Below, in pieces: positions 62,038 to 64,000 of a stretch of 64,000 nucleotides of DNA. The stretch lies in assembly GCA_907165135.1 (NCBI GenBank), contig OU015566.1:11718001-11782000 (forward strand), given 5' to 3'. Below the pieces are notes generated by a model. The model was given only the letters and a program-made list of their open reading frames with translations. It was not told the origin of the DNA and did no database searches. The position numbers were made by a program, and so were the translations under genes. The first letter of the stretch is position 1, and each line of letters starts with the position of its first letter. The DNA comes from Oikopleura dioica. Its lineage: Eukaryota > Animalia > Chordata.

Positions 62038-64000
62038 TTAGCGGTTCGGAGATTGAGTCCATTCTTCAGGTGGTGGTTGAAGAGAGTCGATTCTTTTGAA
62101 TTGAGTGGGTATTCTGATCTCTTGAAAGTCGATCAGTTGGATCTTTAGTCGCAATTGCAGAAGATGATCCACATCAGCCTGTAAGAATTCTTGTAAGATC
62201 AGCAGAGAGGATCGCTACTTACAGTGAACGACTCGGAAGGCGCAAAATTGACAGAGAGGAGTGATTTCAACCCATCTACCCATGTGTTTCTCGTAGAACT
62301 ACTGTCAGCAAGAAGAGTCATTGTTTGAGACTCGCCTTCCGCGACTTTATGTTCAATTGCGAAAAGCTAGAAAAGCTTCAATCACGTGAGAAAAGTGAAA
62401 AAATAATACCAGTGAGTAGTCAATCATTTTGCGTTTGTGCTTTCCGGTTTTTTCAACGACAGGTTTTGCTTCTACTCCTTGATAAACTCTGATCATGTTT
62501 CGAATTTGAACATGCTTCGCGCTTGAGCTAGAAAAGGCGCCTTCAAAAGTGGACGATTTCGAATCCACTGAAATGTGTCTTCTGCTTTTGTCCAGTCTCA
62601 TGTAGACAAATGACTTTTTCTGATTCGCGTCCGTAAATCGACAAGTTTTCTCCATCAACATAAGGCGATTTTCTTCCACGACTTTTGTCACTTCTTTTCT
62701 GAGATGCTCCTTTACTAAGAGTACGCTTTGATGGTTTTCGAGATCAGCATCGTCTTTGAAAATGTGCTGTGCTTCGACGAGCGAGTTGTAGTTGTTCTGA
62801 GCGAGGTTCTTCTTGAATTGCTGGAGTGTGCTGGTATTTTGCGTGAGGGAATTTTTGACTTGTTCTTTCAGAACATTGACGACTGAAGAAGAATTAAACG
62901 AGGACAGTTGAAATAGAGCAAACCTTTCTTGAAGTCTGCCATAACAGCATTAGCATCTCGCCACGTCGCCCAAAACGACATAAAAGTTGCTGAGAAAATC
63001 TCCTCGAAAGTGTCCGAAGAAATTCCAAAAACGAGCTCGTGGAATTCTGATGAGATTGTTTGAGAGCCCTTGAAGTCCAAAGAATCGACAAGAATTGAAA
63101 CGACTTCATTTGCAGCGGGAACGATGGGAAACATTCCCTTGTGCCGGGTAGCATTGTTTGTGATGATTGTAAGGCAGTCGTCCCTTCAAACGAAGCAGAG
63201 TTGAAAGATCGAAAACTGTCAATAATCAGTACCTGTGTTTTCTAGAGAAGAACTCGATGCATTTCAACGGTAGTATTCCAACAGGCGTTTGAAAATCGGT
63301 CAAAGGATGATTCGAAGAATTTCCCGAAATGACAGTTTCCCAACTCTCTTTTTCCAAATTTTTGACGACCTTGGAAATGACCTGCTGCTGCTGTGTCGAC
63401 TGTGGATCGCCACGGGTGGTGATGTCTTTTTCGTATTTGAGCTTGAGATAGATTCGTTGGAAGGTTCCCACCGCGCTTTCTTCCTTCAAACGGCCGAGTT
63501 TGATCAATGAGTTGAAGATTCTTTGTTTTAACTTGTTGAGAAGAGCATTGTCGATTTGCTCGTTGTCTCTTTCAATCAGGATTCGAAATTCAAGGTACCT
63601 ATTGCTTGAATTCCAGCTGGCCTCAATTAAAGTGTAAAGGCCTTAACAGATGGTTACCAGATTGAAATTCTCTATAAAATACCTCGAGTAGAACTGAATC
63701 ATCAAAAATTACGAAAATGAAACGAAATCTTTGACAAAGATCAATAAAATGAAACATAGTTTTGTAATATTATTTGGAAGATCGATGTTACTGCCCACGG
63801 TAAAGCAAAAAGGTAAAGATAAATATTTTCGAACCCTCCCTTGACATGAATAAAACACTATTGACCAACATCAACGAAGCCAGTTGAATATTTTCTTCCT
63901 TGTCGCTTATTCTCGTATGCAAAATCGGCGAGTCATTTAGCAGCTTAAAAATTTGTGCTCTGACTGCAGGAACTTCTTGTAATCCGCGATCGAGAAGATT
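62038..64000 (-). CDS. ELMO: Engulfment and cell motility protein (5' part outside the window)
   Basis: ELMO-domain stretch FEEIFSATFMSFWATWRDANAVMADFKK..V.KEQV, a PH-like exon (62353..62691), and C-terminus LLQLRLKIQLIDFQEIRIP..PPPEE. Confidence 0.85.

Overview
Eukaryotic genomic DNA, almost certainly from the larvacean tunicate Oikopleura dioica. The evidence is an exact 40-nt Oikopleura spliced-leader (SL) exon linked to 5S rRNA, ~40-bp introns, a GA-AG intron and co-oriented genes with an AG just before the ATG. Host genes: two Ly6/three-finger-like proteins, an adhesion GPCR, a catalytically dead trypsin-like protein with antisense genes apparently nested in its intron, FKBP6-like, a secreted kelch protein, a TRPA-like channel, DIP2, two PLAC8-domain paralogs, and a minus-strand run ELMO - ALMS-motif protein - TMEM144 - TTC8/BBS8 - DPH5 - SUOX - SMPD4 that looks like operon(s). 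Three accessory structures stand out. (1) An 8,054-bp hAT-like foldback element in the TRPA intron (23-bp TIRs, 8-bp TSD), built from two oppositely oriented ~158-bp satellite arrays around a captured, intron-containing MCM2 histone-binding-domain fragment. (2) A MULE transposase followed by a Ulp1-like protease, flanked by pseudogenised SMARCC and Sec61-alpha fragments and bracketed by a 51-bp inverted match ~11.5 kb apart. (3) A 2,366-bp near-perfect palindrome carrying SL RNA, 5S rRNA and a variant SL copy on each arm. Gene boundaries were derived by eye and are approximate; family assignments come from recalled motifs, not database searches.
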